A DNA stretch of 63,501 nt, the filler included, from Neoconidiobolus thromboides FSU 785 (taxonomy: Eukaryota; Fungi; Entomophthoromycota), in the NCBI GenBank assembly GCA_025603075.1. It is 7 parts of 7 records of this genome, joined end to end, with 100 filler letters (N's around TTAATTAATTAA, not from the genome) between each part and the next. Parts side by side here need not be neighbours in the genome. Positions count along the whole stretch, not along the records: positions 25,405 to 51,045 come from MU626513.1; 6 more parts are not named here. One strand, 5' to 3'. The notes below the pieces were generated by a model. It ran no database searches. It was given only the letters and a program-made list of their open reading frames with translations, and had not been told where the DNA came from. The translations under genes were made by a program, and so were the position numbers. Numbering within the stretch: position 1 is the stretch's first letter; each line of letters begins with the position of its first letter. Below, one piece after another: positions 25,407 to 39,900 of the stretch.

Positions 25407-25535
25407 ATTGATAATAATGATAGCTGGAAAGTATACCGACATAGACTAGATAAAGGTCAAAAACAAGAGGATATAAGCTGCACTAGATTATGGCTTGATA
25501 CCAATAAATTCCTTGCGTATCATGACGAACTCTAA
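25407..25535 (+). CDS. Possible C-terminal fragment of an unknown gene emerging from the gap
   Basis: Open frame from the contig start: IDNNDSWKVYRHRLDKGQKQEDISCTRLWLDTNKFLAYHDEL*. No family recognised. Confidence 0.25.
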   Translation: MDNNDSWKVYRHRLDKGQKQEDISCTRLWLDTNKFLAYHDEL

Positions 25536-26112
25536 CTTAGTTTAACTTACAAAAATAAACATAAATGACAATAATTTATTGAATTTTATTTTTTGTCATA
25601 TAATAAGCTTATAAAATTTGTCAATGACTAGATCAAATATCCAACCTGCTTATGGACTATGATGATGATATTTTATACGTTAGTTATAGGTAGCTTTTGA
25701 AAAAAGCATTTATTTTTTTGAAAGGATATTTATGCTTTAAATAATAAATGGATTTTGAAGACTTGTTATCATTTTTTATTATCCTTTGATATTAATTTTT
25801 AAATTCAATATCCAAAAAAACAAACAGATTTAAACAAAATCTAGCAATTTTATTTAAAAAATTCACACTTACAAAGTATTTTTTAAAAGTTAACTAATTT
25901 TCAGAATGGGCCACATTAATTTCACTTAATGTATAAAATTTCGAACCTAGAGCTGAAGATCCCTTGAATAAAATACATGTGCTTTTGCTGATAAAAATTC
26001 CTTATATTCAAAGCTTAAAGTATCTTTTAAACATACTAGATCTTTAATTATCCTTTCACCAAAGTAAATATGTTTTAAACCATAAAATCAACTCTATGTT
26101 CATAGAAATACA

Positions 26113-26219
26113 ATATGGGGATGTATTTTTGTGTCTAAGAATTTTACTAACAATCTTTCCACTCAAATAATGCTTAAAATATGAAAAAAGTAATTAAGCC
26201 AAAAAAAACACTCCCATAT
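26113..26219 (+). mobile_element. MITE family A copy
   Basis: ATAT-GGGGATGTATTTTTGTG...AAAAAAAACACTCCC-ATAT. Confidence 0.88.
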
Positions 26220-26552
26220 TCTAAATTAATGCTATGTGAAATGGCGCTACTTCATTTTAGATATAATTAGTCCATGTATAAACATAATGTCACTATAAAT
26301 CTATTTTAACAAAATTTAAAAATTAGCTCTAAAGCTATTATAAATTATTATACTGTTTTATAAATTAATGTTGTGTAAATTAGTTACATTTGAAAAATCT
26401 ACATAATAGTTAAAATTGAATGAAAATAAAATGTTAATACCAATACAACAATTTAATATAAGGAAACTTACAATATTCCTACTGATTAAATGAAACCCAA
26501 CTTTAATTATAATCAAACTGTAATTTTAAAAAGAGCCATTTTTAAAATAATA

Positions 26553-27369
26553 TCATCCTAAAAGTATATTATCATCCTCTTGTTTATCCTCACTAAAACT
26601 CTTATTGTTATACTCTCCGATTTCTTTTTCATACTCTTTCAACTTAAAGATTAACGAAATCAGCGTCATAACCGCGGCTGCCCCACCAACCATCACAATA
26701 GCTTTTCTAATAGATTCCCATTTCATTGCTTCAATCTCACTTCGAATCTCAGACACTTGGATCCCAAACTTATTATTAATCTCATGCATTTTATAATCAA
26801 CCTCTTTATAAATTGCTCCCATCTCATGATTATGACTACTTAAATCCAACTGTAAATCTACTTTTAATTGATTGATAGCTTCCCTTTTGTAATGTGCTAA
26901 AGCGTCTAAGTCTCTCGAAATTTTACTTAATTCTTGTTGTGTCTGCGTATAATCTTTTGTTCGCATGATTTGTAACTCGGTTCGTAGCTCATTCAAAGCT
27001 GCTCGGAATAGATATTCGTGCTACATTCTATTAGTAATTTTACTTTCATTATGAATTAATAATACCTTTTGTAAATCTTCTTTATTTAAGCTTTGTTTTC
27101 GAAACTCCGAATACCTAAAATTAGATTCAATATCATTTATTTTTGTTAAAAGTGTAGTAGTACCTAGTTTGCATCATCGAATACAAAATTTGCATTATTA
27201 TTTTAGATTGTGAGCGAGTAAATGCATCTTGTTGAAGCTTTTTTACCATTGCAAATGTATCAAAAGGGTGTCTTTTATAAGTCCTCTTTGTTGTAATTGT
27301 TCTATAGCATGATTGTAATGGCGTAAGTTTTGATAATTTGTGTGGTATTAAATTTATTAAATGATTCAT
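26553..27369 (-). CDS. DUF1640 / Fmp32-CCDC90-MCUR1 family mitochondrial coiled-coil protein, about 240 aa, 3 exons
   Basis: Exons 27369-27164, 27114-27066, 27020-26553 join in frame. Presequence-like N-terminus, head motif HPFDTFAMVKKLQQDAFTRSQS, coiled coil, C-terminal TM segment after KWESIRK. Confidence 0.85.
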
Positions 27370-27592
27370 TAAAAAGTATGAGTTGAAAATAAAAAATGAA
27401 TTGAAATTTTAATTTACTCTATTCTTAAGATTTTTGTTGAATAATTTGAAATTAAAAATAAAATAAGAAATTCTACTGATAGTAAATTTCATAATAGCTC
27501 AACTACAATAAAAAAAACTATGATACCGATTAAATCTAAATAATTTCTTTTTATTCTTGTTATAAACCAATATTCTTATTTTGTCCTTTTCT

Positions 27593-28250
27593 TTATTGCA
27601 TATCATCCATTTTTCTTTGTTCAAGTAAAACTTTATTGAATTGCATTGGCTTAGGTACTACATCTAACAATATATATCAGTAATAAAACAAGACAGAATA
27701 AAATTTCTTACCGGATAAAAACTCATAACGATCCTCTATTGAAACCATGGAAGCTAAAGATAAAACAAATCAAGTCTAATCTTTACATAAAAATAACAAA
27801 CTTACCGCAATCTTTATAGTGTACATTAACTCTTTTCTCTCTCGCTGCAACGTTATAACAATCTGTAGAGAACGATTGGATAAACAATTCCTTTTTAAAG
27901 AAATTAAGTAATTTATAGATTTAGAAAATAAACTAATAATTTACCGTAGCTTTGGTAATAAGTTGATAAGCTTCCAAAGAACCAGATTTAAACTCCTTGT
28001 CCTCTCTTATAATCTTTTTAACCCTAGCTAACGGTAGCTTCAAACTATCTGATATCGTATTGGTATCAAAAGGGTTGTAATTAACTACAGTGCCTGATGA
28101 CACAGCAGGCTTCTTTCTTATTGTTGTTGTTAACTTTCTTTTGGACGTAACTTCACTGCTTTCTTCTTCATCACTTATCTCTATCTTCTCAGCTTGTTCA
28201 ATAGGCTCATTATCGCTTATTTCATCTATTTCATGGTGTTGTTTTGACAT
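27593..28250 (-). CDS. Histone-fold protein of the Dpb3/CHRAC1/NF-YC type, 4 exons
   Basis: Exons 28250-27945, 27890-27806, 27753-27712, 27663-27593. Motifs LPLARVKKIIRED, KATELFIQS, YEFLSDVVP. Confidence 0.85.
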
Positions 28251-28386
28251 ATTGAAGGAATAAAATGAGTTTTTTCAAGAATTTGAGTTTAATCAGTAGC
28301 CAACCAATTAAATAACTTTTCTAAATTGGAATTTTGATTAAAATTTGAATCTAAACCTAATTTACTTTTTAAATTATTTTTAAATC
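28251..28386. promoter_or_regulatory. Putative bidirectional promoter (136 bp)
   Basis: Only 136 bp separate the divergent start codons of the histone-fold gene and NSE1. Confidence 0.55.
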
Positions 28387-29439
28387 ATGACACCAGAATT
28401 AAGTATAAGTCATAAATTATTGCTGCAAAATATAATGTTGATGAAGACATTGAATATTGTTCAAATGAGTGAACTTTATTGTCGTTGTTTTAAACAAGGT
28501 AATTTAATTTTAATAAAAATCAATCTTAATAAAAAAGGTTATATTGCTAGAATACAATCACTCAGAAGACTATTTTGATTCAATATCATCAGTACTTCAT
28601 GATATCAACGAAGCTATCTTCATAGTTGGGTTTGAAATCAAGAAGGCATTAGATCCAATATCAAGGGCACCATTCTTTTGTATAGTAAATTTTATTTATT
28701 TTTATTTAAATTGCCATTAATAACAAAGACTAACATAGTAGATGACGAAATGGCGCAATTAGGAAATAACTTTACCCCAATTGAAATGAGGTATTTAAAA
28801 ACATTAATTCATTCGATTATCACTGCTCCTAGAAAAAAGTTTTTTATTTCTGGTATTGAAGCCTCAAAGTTAGCTTTATTACCAGATGAGGTTCAAAATA
28901 ATAATAACGAAAACAATGAAACTAATGAAGAAGTTGTACAAACAACAGATAAATTGACAATAGCCGAAAAAGATCATTTAATAGATAGATTTATTAACGA
29001 AACATGGCTAGAAAAAACTAGGTAATTTTACATGAATATTTTCTATTTTGACTATTAATTAAAACTGCCCATTTAGTGGAGGGTATCTTACTTTAACTAT
29101 GAGGACTTTGTTAGAGCTGCAAACAAATATATTGGATAATTACAAAGACTACATAAAAAAATGTATGTTATGTAGTACTTTAGTGATAAACGTAAGTTAG
29201 CATATTATTTAAACTAAGTTAATTGATAATAAAAATAATAGGGAGAAATCTGCAAAGATGAAGACTGTGATAGTTGGGTTCATATAGGCTGTATTGCCCA
29301 TTACCATCGAGCTTCGGGGAAAAAAGGACTTGAGCTTAAATGTCCTAAATGTAAATGTAAATGGGAAGGTACAAAAGTGGGCTATTATGATTCTACACAA
29401 GCAAACCAGATTAATTTCAATGCTGAAGCATTGTTGTAA
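28387..29439 (+). CDS. NSE1: Non-SMC element 1 of the Smc5/6 complex (winged-helix plus RING), 5 exons
   Basis: Exons 28387-28498, 28551-28684, 28729-29021, 29077-29191, 29242-29439. Motifs FTPIEMRYLKTLI, FINETWL, YLTLTMRTLLELQ, and RING CMLC...CKDEDC...HIGC...CPKC...W. Confidence 0.85.
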
Positions 29440-29857
29440 AAATAAATATTAGAAAAGCAGCAATAGTATAAATGATATTAAAGGTTAAAACTATTGACGT
29501 TTTTTGAAAAAAAGTTTCTCAATTTTAGTATAATTAACAATGGAACGCAGCTCATAGCAGTATGAAAAATCTCATTTTTTATTTGGTTATAAGTAGTTTT
29601 ATTAACTTTCAAGTGTAACTAAATAGTCTAAGATTATTTATTGCAAATTTATTATTGAGATGTTCAAATACCCTTTTTGTACTGAGGTATATTGTTATTG
29701 GTCACTTTGGATTAATTTTTTGTAGCTGTTATATTATTGAATTTTATTTTAACATCAAGCAATTTTAAATTATTGCCATAATAAGTTAATTCTTCTTTGT
29801 TCACTTATATAGATTATCTTCAGCTTTGTGTAATAGTTATAAGGATGTTAATAATAT

Positions 29858-29964
29858 ATATGGGGATGTATTTTTGTATTTAAGAACCTTACTAACAAAT
29901 TTTCCACTTAAATAGCACTTAAAAAATGGAAAAAATAATGAAGTCAAAAAAGACACTCCCATAT
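29858..29964 (+). mobile_element. MITE family A copy
   Basis: ATAT-GGGGATGTATTTTTG...AAAAAGACACTCCC-ATAT. Confidence 0.88.
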
Positions 29965-30728
29965 GGTGGATGTAACATTATTGATGATTCGTAAATTGAA
30001 ACTAATGAACAACATTGGAAATGATTATCAGCTCGATAATTTAGCTAAATGTTGCTTTTTTTTGCTAACAATTTATTAAAATCAACTTTGTGTTTGCATA
30101 TAGTTTAAAAAGCACATTAAAAAATAGGTTACAGTTGTGTATTAGTCGTTTTTATCATCCATTCTAATATGATGGTCTAAAATATTAGAAGTCATCCACT
30201 TGATTAAACTGAAATTAATTTCAATCTATTAAAAATTAAAAATAAACGCAGGTCAAAAAAGAAAAAACATCACTAAAAATATGATATCGAAAATTGTTTA
30301 TTTGTTTTTCTGGAAATATTTTGTTTATCCTCTTATCAATATAAACTTAGTTTGAGTAATAGAATTTTTATTAAAAATATTGAAAAATCATTTTAAGTTA
30401 AAATTTTGGATCAAATCATAAAGTCTATGCTATCAAACTGTGACTCAAAAAATATTTATACTCTTCAACATGTTTTTTTTACAGCTTACATAAATAAAAT
30501 TTCTTAATGTTAAGTTATATTCTACTGAGAGCTGAAAGTATGATGGGCCCCTTTTAAGATACCCCATAAAATGGCTCTAGGTCATTGCTGATACTCATGA
30601 CAGTTCAATTTATCTGAATAGCTTAATTAATCTGATCATTTAGTTGCTCACGACGTTTTGAGTTGATTTAGAAACGACCAAACTTGATATATATTTTAAC
30701 TGAAATAACTTTTTGTTAGATTTTTTAC

Positions 30729-30835
30729 ATATTGGGGTGTTTTTTTTGGCTTCATTACTTTTCCCACCTTTTAAACGTTATTTGAGTAGAAAAGTTATCA
30801 GTAAAATTCTTAAATACAAAAATACATACCCATAT
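30729..30835 (-). mobile_element. MITE family A copy
   Basis: ggggtgtttttttggcttcattac...aaaaatacatacccATAT. Confidence 0.85.
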
Positions 30836-31688
30836 ATTGCTAGTTTTATTAAATATGTGCTAGTTAATAAAATATGCTTCATAGAACAGCAATGGAGACT
30901 ATGCTTTATTGAGCACAAATACAGCTGTAGGAACATGAGTTACTTTTTGAAATAATTTTTTTTGCAATAAATAGTACTGTCGATGAACTAAGCTCATGGT
31001 TCTTGATCTTAGGATCTTACTAAATAGGTTCTAGGGTTGATTATTACCATCATAATGAACATGGTATTGGGACGAGATCCAATTAATGGGTTGACTGTAA
31101 CTCGGTGTTGTTCATGAATTAGAATATTAGATTGGCTATGTTAATTAGTACGAATTAAGTATGAGTTTTTCTATGTCTTTTTTAACTGACCTTGTAGCGA
31201 TAGTAATAATTTACACTGTATAGAGTGAACTGCCACATGAACTGTGTTAAATTGGAGCTTCATAAGTTTAAGTAAGAACAAAATTAAAAAAGTCTTTTTC
31301 AGCCAATTTAACAAAAAGCCATTTGTAGTTTTTACAACTGATGATAAGGAGCCTTATTAAGGGAGTTTTAAGACTCTCAAAGTTTATTTGGCGGGCAGTG
31401 CAGCAATAAAATTGAACATTTATTGAATGTGCTTATATCTATATTAACTATACAGAGTTGCTATTAATGGGCTATGCTTCTTTACTTTAGTTATTCTTAG
31501 TATAACCGTTTTTTAAATATTATCGTTAGTTATATTTATTACTGTTAGCTAGTAAGATACACTGTATAAAGTGGATTAATATGCTTATACTCATATTTCA
31601 ATGGTACAAAAGGAGAAACAAAATGGGGGATGTTTAAATTGGTCTCAGAATTTACTTAAATTTAAAATTTAAAATTTGAAGTTTTAAT

Positions 31689-31795
31689 ATATGGGGATGT
31701 TTTTTTTGACTTCATTATTTTTTCCATCTTTTAAGCACTGTTTGAGTGGAAAAATTGTTAGTAAAATTCTTAAATACAAAAATACATTCCCATAT
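31689..31795 (-). mobile_element. MITE family A copy
   Basis: ATAT-GGGGATGTTTTTTTTGAC...AAAAATACATTCCC-ATAT. Confidence 0.88.
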
Positions 31796-32124
31796 AATTA
31801 ATTAAATTTAAAAAGCTTAAAATTAAATAATAAAAAATTAATTTAAATGACTTATTTTATTTATTTATTTAAATAATTAATTTTTTTATTTATACTCTTT
31901 ACATTGTTTTTATTGGACGTTTGATAAATATATAACATATAAATACACAGTTATTTGGCTTTATTTTCTATTAGAATAAAAACAAAATGCAAGCTTTTAT
32001 AACTCAGCTCCAAAATAATTTTTTCTAAAATTTTGATACAGTAAGGAGAAGCATATTATACAAACATTATAACTTATTTACATTAATTTTAGCAACTATT
32101 TATAATTATAAATTTAATCAAACA

Positions 32125-32229
32125 ATATGAGGATGTATTTTTATGTTTAAGAATTTTACTAACAAATTTTCCACTCAAATAGCGCTTAAAAAACGGAAAA
32201 ATAATGAAACCAAAAAAACAGCCCCATAT
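32125..32229 (+). mobile_element. MITE family A copy
   Basis: ATAT-GAGGATGTATTTTT...AAAAAAACAGCCCC-ATAT. Confidence 0.88.
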
Positions 32230-32378
32230 ATAAAATTAATGGCTTAAAAGAGAAGGAAACAAAAATCACAAGCGGCGTGCTATCATTAACTATAGCTCCA
32301 GTATATTTTTTTAATAAATGTGAAAGTTTTAGATTTAATATAAACAAAAATCAGTATGATTGTTTAAAAACAACTAAT

Positions 32379-32580
32379 AATGGGGGTGTTTTTTTGGTTT
32401 CATTACTTTTTCCACCTTTTAAGCATTATTTGAGCGAAAAAATTACTAGTAAAATTATTAAACACAAGAATACATCCCCATACCAAGACGTATTTTTTAA
32501 AAATTTTGCTAATAAATTTTCCGCTCAAATAGCACTCAAAAAATGGAAAAAGTAATGAAATCAAAAAGAAATCTTTATAT
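32379..32580. mobile_element. Two abutting MITE A copies in opposite orientation (32379-32482 minus, about 32485-32580 plus)
   Basis: The reverse copy ends acatccccata and is followed at once by a forward core ttttccgctcaaatagcactcaaaaaatggaaaaagtaatgaa. Confidence 0.8.
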
Positions 32581-33423
32581 ATTAGAAAGACATGAGTTGT
32601 GTGTGCTTGGCTATTGTATTTTATTTTATTGTATTGTATCTATACATATATACGTTAAATATAAGAGATATTTTCATCGTGTTCTATTGATTTAGAACAT
32701 CCAAAGTTTATGAACAAAACTTGATAACATTTAGTTTAGGCTGATTTATAGTGCTAAATAAGATTATTGCACAAAGGGAAGAATCGTTCAATTTAATGAC
32801 ATTTGGTATTTGACCTTCTATGTACTTATTTATGAATTGATTGAAGCTTCTAATTATATTTTAGATCAGAGTTGTTTAAATGCTTTTTTTCTTTTTTAAT
32901 ACAAACTGGAGTATTATATAAAACAAAAACATTCAAACGATTTCGAATGAGGTTATAAAATTTAAGTTATTCTAATTAAAATCATAAATTCTTTTTAAAA
33001 CTAGGGTTTTTATAAACAAATTAATCACATTTAAAGGAAAGAAGGTTCAGATTTTGAGCCATAAGATCTGAGGATAAAAAAATCGCTAAAATTAAAACTA
33101 ATATAAAATAAAAGTAGTATTGGGCTTTAAACTATATTTTAGCTAACGTGTTAGTAGCATTGTTTATTTAATATAGCTAAAATATGCTATTGTGTTGTCA
33201 TATTATTTAGCTAGCCGGTTATATTATTAAATACCCTGTTTTATTCTTACTAGCTAATTTTAAATTCAAAACTCCAAGAACCATAGTGATTTTACAATCC
33301 CTTTTAAAACCAATTTGTTATAAAAGCAGAGAGCTAGTAAAAGAACATAGAATAAATCAGGATAAACTAAGGAACATATAAAAGAAATAATAATGTTAAA
33401 AACATTTTTAAATCCTTACCAAA

Positions 33424-34407
33424 ATGGGCCAAAACATTTTAGCTGTAGAAATCATTGGTGACGTATTAGGAGTCATAAGTATCCTTTTGAACCTAATAGT
33501 AGCTATAACTGTGCTTTTATTGCGTAAAGAGTCTAACCTGTTATTAGGTCTAAGCTTCATTCTGTTGACTGTTTCTTGTGATATTATGTTGCCTATTGTT
33601 GGAATAACTCAAGAAGCAATTACTTTAATAAGCTACAATCCAATGCGAGATACAATAGGATGTCAAATTTTAGGAGTCTTTCATAATGTTTTACCAATTA
33701 GTAGTAGTTGTGGGGTAATGCTTTTATCTTTAGAGCGCTATCTAATAATCAAAAATTTGAGAGTTCCCAAAATAATTCTTTGGACTACTGCGGCTACTAT
33801 AATTGGTGGTACTTTAACTTTAGCTATAATAAGTGCTATCAATCATCAATTTGAGTATACAACTTCTCTTATGATATGTATGAGCTCTCCAATAGGCGGG
33901 ATTGCTAGTAGAAGTTTATATTACTTTATGATAATTGTATTGTTTACGAACACATTAATCATTCTTTATTGCTATTATGGTATTTTAAATATTAGAAATG
34001 AAGCAAAGGCATTGACCAATATGAGTTTGGATTTTAATGATGATTCAATAAAGTTTATCTCACTGGGCGAAGGTAGAAATTCTAAGGACTACAAGCTTAA
34101 AGCTATTATAGAAAGTGTAAAGCAAGGCTTTAAAATGGAAAAAGAGTTAATATTGAAAGCTGTGTTATTTGTAGCTTGTTATGGGCTATTTATACTGCCA
34201 TGTATAATTTTAATGACTTATCATAGTGTTATGTCAAATATCAATAATGATTTTATTTTAAATGGTGTACTATCATCTATTATGTTTGCTTCCCTTTCTT
34301 CCCTTTCGCTTATTAATCCTATCCTTTTATTACTTCTTCATAATAAGGTATATAATAAGTTTAAATTTTTACTTGTATCACTCTTTCGTTGGTTTCAGCG
34401 TAAGTAA
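33424..34407 (+). CDS. Class A (rhodopsin-like) 7TM receptor, intronless, 327 aa
   Basis: Seven hydrophobic segments, TM1 Asn (LLNL), TM2 Asp, TM3 Cys (GCQ), ERY motif (SLERYL), ECL2 Cys, TM7 NP (LINP). Confidence 0.8.
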   Translation: MGQNILAVEIIGDVLGVISILLNLIVAITVLLLRKESNLLLGLSFILLTVSCDIMLPIVGITQEAITLISYNPMRDTIGCQILGVFHNVLPISSSCGVMLLSLERYLIIKNLRVPKIILWTTAATIIGGTLTLAIISAINHQFEYTTSLMICMSSPIGGIASRSLYYFMIIVLFTNTLIILYCYYGILNIRNEAKALTNMSLDFNDDSIKFISLGEGRNSKDYKLKAIIESVKQGFKMEKELILKAVLFVACYGLFILPCIILMTYHSVMSNINNDFILNGVLSSIMFASLSSLSLINPILLLLLHNKVYNKFKFLLVSLFRWFQRK

Positions 34408-34490
34408 TCAACAGTTCCCTAGAAAATTCAATTAATTAATAAAGTTTTATTTATCTTTATCTTCTTTATTAGAATAGTATTATCTTTTCA

Positions 34491-34530
34491 ATTAAAGATT
34501 AAAGATTAAAGATTAAAGATCAAAGATTAA
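34491..34530 (+). repeat. (ATTAAAG)n heptamer tandem, about 5 units
   Basis: attaaagattaaagattaaagattaaagatcaaagattaa just downstream of the GPCR stop. Confidence 0.8.
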
Positions 34531-34913
34531 ATTAATATTGAATTCAAATGTCCATATTCAAATACTCAATTTTAAAAAAAACCCTCTTTCTATAAAAAAC
34601 AATCTTATTTTTAAGGAATTACTTTACTGTTAGCCTATCAATAACTCATAGAATAGCAAGCCTTTGTTTATTAATGCAGTCTTAAGAAAACTTAGGCTCA
34701 TTCAATAATCATAAAAATCTATTCTGTATGTCAAGAGTAAAAGATGACTATGTTGTTAACTGCTTTAGTATTGACTCGGTTACTGATTTTCAATATTTCT
34801 AACCTGCTTGTCACTCTTTAAACCAAAAAGGTTAGTCGAGACTTTTATTGACATTAAATTAGACATACTGCTGAGCTAAAAGGATAAATACAAGAGTCAA
34901 AGAAAGACTCAAG

Positions 34914-35020
34914 ATATGGGAGTGTTCTTTTTGACTTCATTATTTTTTCTATTTTTTAAGCGCTATTTGAGCGGAAAATTTGTTAGTAAAATTCTTAAAC
35001 ACAAAAATGCATCCCCATAT
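34914..35020 (-). mobile_element. MITE family A copy
   Basis: ATAT-GGGAGTGTTCTTTTTGAC...AAAAATGCATCCCC-ATAT. Confidence 0.88.
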
Positions 35021-36084
35021 AGTTCTTTGCTTGGCTCTGTTATTATGGCGTGAGTCAAATTGTCGTTTTATATGGAGCTTTAATACTTTGTATCTTATGG
35101 TTTAATTTACATAAGACTTCTAGTGATGAAATAGCCTTCATATTGCAGTGAAAGTTTTGATATTGAAAAAACCTTTCCATTAAAAAGTTATGCGGAAGGT
35201 ATCGTAAAAGTTATATGTGAGAATTTAAGAAGGGATTTAATTAAGCTTTGATATTTGACATGTTTTGTGTATATATCAGGCTAGGGAGGACTAGACTAGA
35301 GATAAACATCAAGTGATTAAATTAGATCCGTATGAGATTGAAGCAATCATTCTGTCTTTTTTAATTTTATCTAACCCAATAATATTCTACAGTTATTTTC
35401 TTTAGGACTGTTTAAAATATTTCTTTCTTGAGTGATATTTTTCCTTTTTATTTATTACTATAATTTTATACTTTACAATTTTCATGTAGAGTTTCTATAT
35501 GTTTGAAATGTTTGGAAACTTTTATCTGTTATTAAAAACAATGTCATTGTTGTCCATAATATAAGTATTTTGTATTTTATGGAAGTGTTCTGATAGGAAA
35601 AAAATGAACTTTGGGTTTAAATATAGGCGTATATTAAATATAATAGTTAGTGAAAATGTAAGTTTTTTAGCAATATGATTTATTGACTATTTATTTTTTA
35701 CACAAAGCTTCAATCGAGTACATATTTTTACTAAAGATTTTATATGGTTATGCTTTATTGACTATTATACAATTTTGTATATACTACTTCTTTAAATCTT
35801 TACTTTTCAAGCTAAATATTTTTTATTTTTTATTTTTTATTTTTACTGCTATTAATGATTATTTCGATTTCAAACATATTCAACTGCCAATCTGAAACAC
35901 ATCAATTATCATTTAAAAATAACCGAAAACTCAATGATAAAATAAATTAAGTTTGAAACTCAAAAAATCAAAAAATCAAAAAATAATATTCCATACAACC
36001 AATATTTTTTTTAATCTTTATCTTTTATACTTTTTATTCATATTAAAACAATATCACCCCAAAAGCAACAAACTAATACCGCCA

Positions 36085-37033
36085 ATGATCGTCCTTTTAC
36101 CCCTTCTTTATTTACCATCGATCCTGGCCCAACTACCCAATCCCTCAATAAATAATACTAATTTAATATTAGAGCCCTTTAAAGCTCCTCGAGCTATGTT
36201 GATTGCTGAAAATGAAATTCCAGAACTAGATGAGCCAATAGCATCTTCTGTCAATACAGATGTATCCCCACCACCAAGTAACATACCCCCAGTCATATCT
36301 CCAGCTATATCAGTTGTCTCTGCGGCTACTCCATCTGCCAATGAAGCAGTGGCATTCTCTCAATCTAATACTCCTGCTGTTACTCCAGCTGCTAATCCAC
36401 TTACTGTTAATTCACCACCACCGGTTCTATCAGCTTCATTAACACCACCAAATATAGATAATAAAGCACAGGTTGTGACACCAAGTATAGAAAATAAAAT
36501 GTTGCCTATAACTGGTAGCAGTAATTTGCCATCAAGTCAAGAGAGTAAAGCAGAGCCAGTACCAAGTACTACAGTAATTCAAGGGAGTGCAACTAATTCA
36601 AATCCAGTGACACCGATTGGAGGTAACGTAATTGGATCAAATACTACAATGAAAATGCAATTGCCATTAACAGGTTAGTTTTTAGTTCAATTTTATTGAT
36701 ATGTTTTTAGTTAATTTTTCACTTACTTTAGCTTCTACTCCAACCAATACAATCCCTTCCAGTAGTAATAGTTCTTCAGACTCCTTAAAGATGACCACAA
36801 TTACCACCAGTATGGGTATGCCTAATACTACAACATCTAGCAGCTCAAGTGATAGTAATAGAAGTGAATCTAAAACTGATTCCGTTGAACTTACAATTCC
36901 TGCCGCTTCAGCTTCGAAAAGAGCTAGTGTTACTTATATCAATGAATTTGTTGATTCAAGTTCAATTTCCTTATCATTTAATTGCTCTATTTATATCTCT
37001 TTATTTATCCTCTCTTTTATATCATTAAATTAA
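36085..37033 (+). CDS. Secreted Ser/Thr/Pro-rich, probably GPI-anchored cell-surface protein, about 296 aa, 2 exons
   Basis: Signal peptide MIVLLPLLYLPSILA from ATG 36085. Intron 36674-36731 joins the two ORF-track pieces in frame. Hydrophobic C-terminus IYISLFILSFISLN follows small residues (DSSS). Confidence 0.7.
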
Positions 37034-37143
37034 TACAACTTATTGGAAACAGGATTTATTATATTATACACATATATTGTTTTTTATACATACATGAATT
37101 TTATTTTCTTATACTAGACAAAATAGGAAACATCACCTATTAT

Positions 37144-38799
<1,656 letters not shown>

Positions 38800-39359
38800 C
38801 TTTAAAACTTGAATATTTAAAACAAAAAAATTAAAGTTAACTTTAAGGTTTTGAGTATTTATATATCATAATCTGATGAATGAATTCTTCGATAAGTCGC
38901 TTTAAATCTGAAGTATGATACCAATCATAGCTAATAATTAATTATCCAGCTTTAATTCATTGGTTCAATTTTATACTCCCATTACTAACTCAGTTTTTCC
39001 AAGTTTAGTTGCTCTTTTTTTACACCAAAGTTTGAAATTTAACCTAATTCATAGCCAATGAATTCTTTATCTTTAACTTTGCTTGCATCATCTTTGAAAT
39101 TTATCAAAATCACATACGTCGAATCTTAATGCTAAAATCTCCGAATTTTATTGGTCGATTTTTAAGCCTAATCTTTTATCGTGGTAACTTTTAGCCTTTT
39201 GAAAATAACATGTTATCAAATCTATATATTTATCTTATCATTTAATTTTATTCTATTATTATCATTATACTGTATTTGTTAAATAATCTTTTGAAAAAAA
39301 TTAATTTACCGATAGAATAGCAACATTCTTCTTAATCCTCTTTTATTTCATAATACCCC

Positions 39360-39900
39360 TTACATCATAAGTCCACCAATATGAACCTCACCATCAACAT
39401 TGATTGTAGCATCAGCGATAAGGCCTGGAGCTTTAGAAAATAAAAAGATACAAGTGCTAGAAATTCTAATAAGATTATTAGATTTCTTCAAAGGAATTTT
39501 ACTGGTTAATGGATCCAAACCAACTTGTTGAATTGATCGTTTCGTCATACTAATTTCAAAAGTTTGAGTGCATTAGCATTAACTAGGATTGGTCGGGTAG
39601 CTATATGATGTTTTAATAAACGAGTAAGATGATGTACAGCGGCTTCGGATATATTATACACAATGATGTTATATCCGGATCGTATATCTTGAATGGAACC
39701 AATGTTAATAACACAAACTGGGTCTTCAGAGGTAGAAGCTTCTTCAAGGGGAAAGAGTAAGCTGAAAGATAGATTAGCTTAAGTTAATTAATATGATAAA
39801 CTAGGATTACACCAAAAAATAAAATTCCAATATTCAAATCTATAACACAATTTTAAGGCTTCAGTAGTAGCATTTTCTAATTCAGAAGCTGAGGTGATTA
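39360..39900 (-). pseudogene. Decayed 3' half of a duplicate of the SDR at 42934-44063
   Basis: Colinear with the intact gene, including intron positions. Apparent 1-nt deletion near 39560, DGG changed to DGE, GA to DA, and no 5' exons found. Confidence 0.8.

Noticed and set aside
30960-31300. Slightly GC-richer island, possibly a decayed gene (similar patches at 7740-7900 and 59300-59600)
   Set aside because: No frame gave a recognisable product. A translated search would be needed.
33424-34407. GPCR as a fungal type II opsin
   Set aside because: No lysine at the TM7 retinal-binding position.
35953-36084. N-terminal extension of the ORF-track call before ATG 36085
   Set aside because: Starts at TTG in AT-rich leader sequence. 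The signal peptide begins at the downstream ATG.
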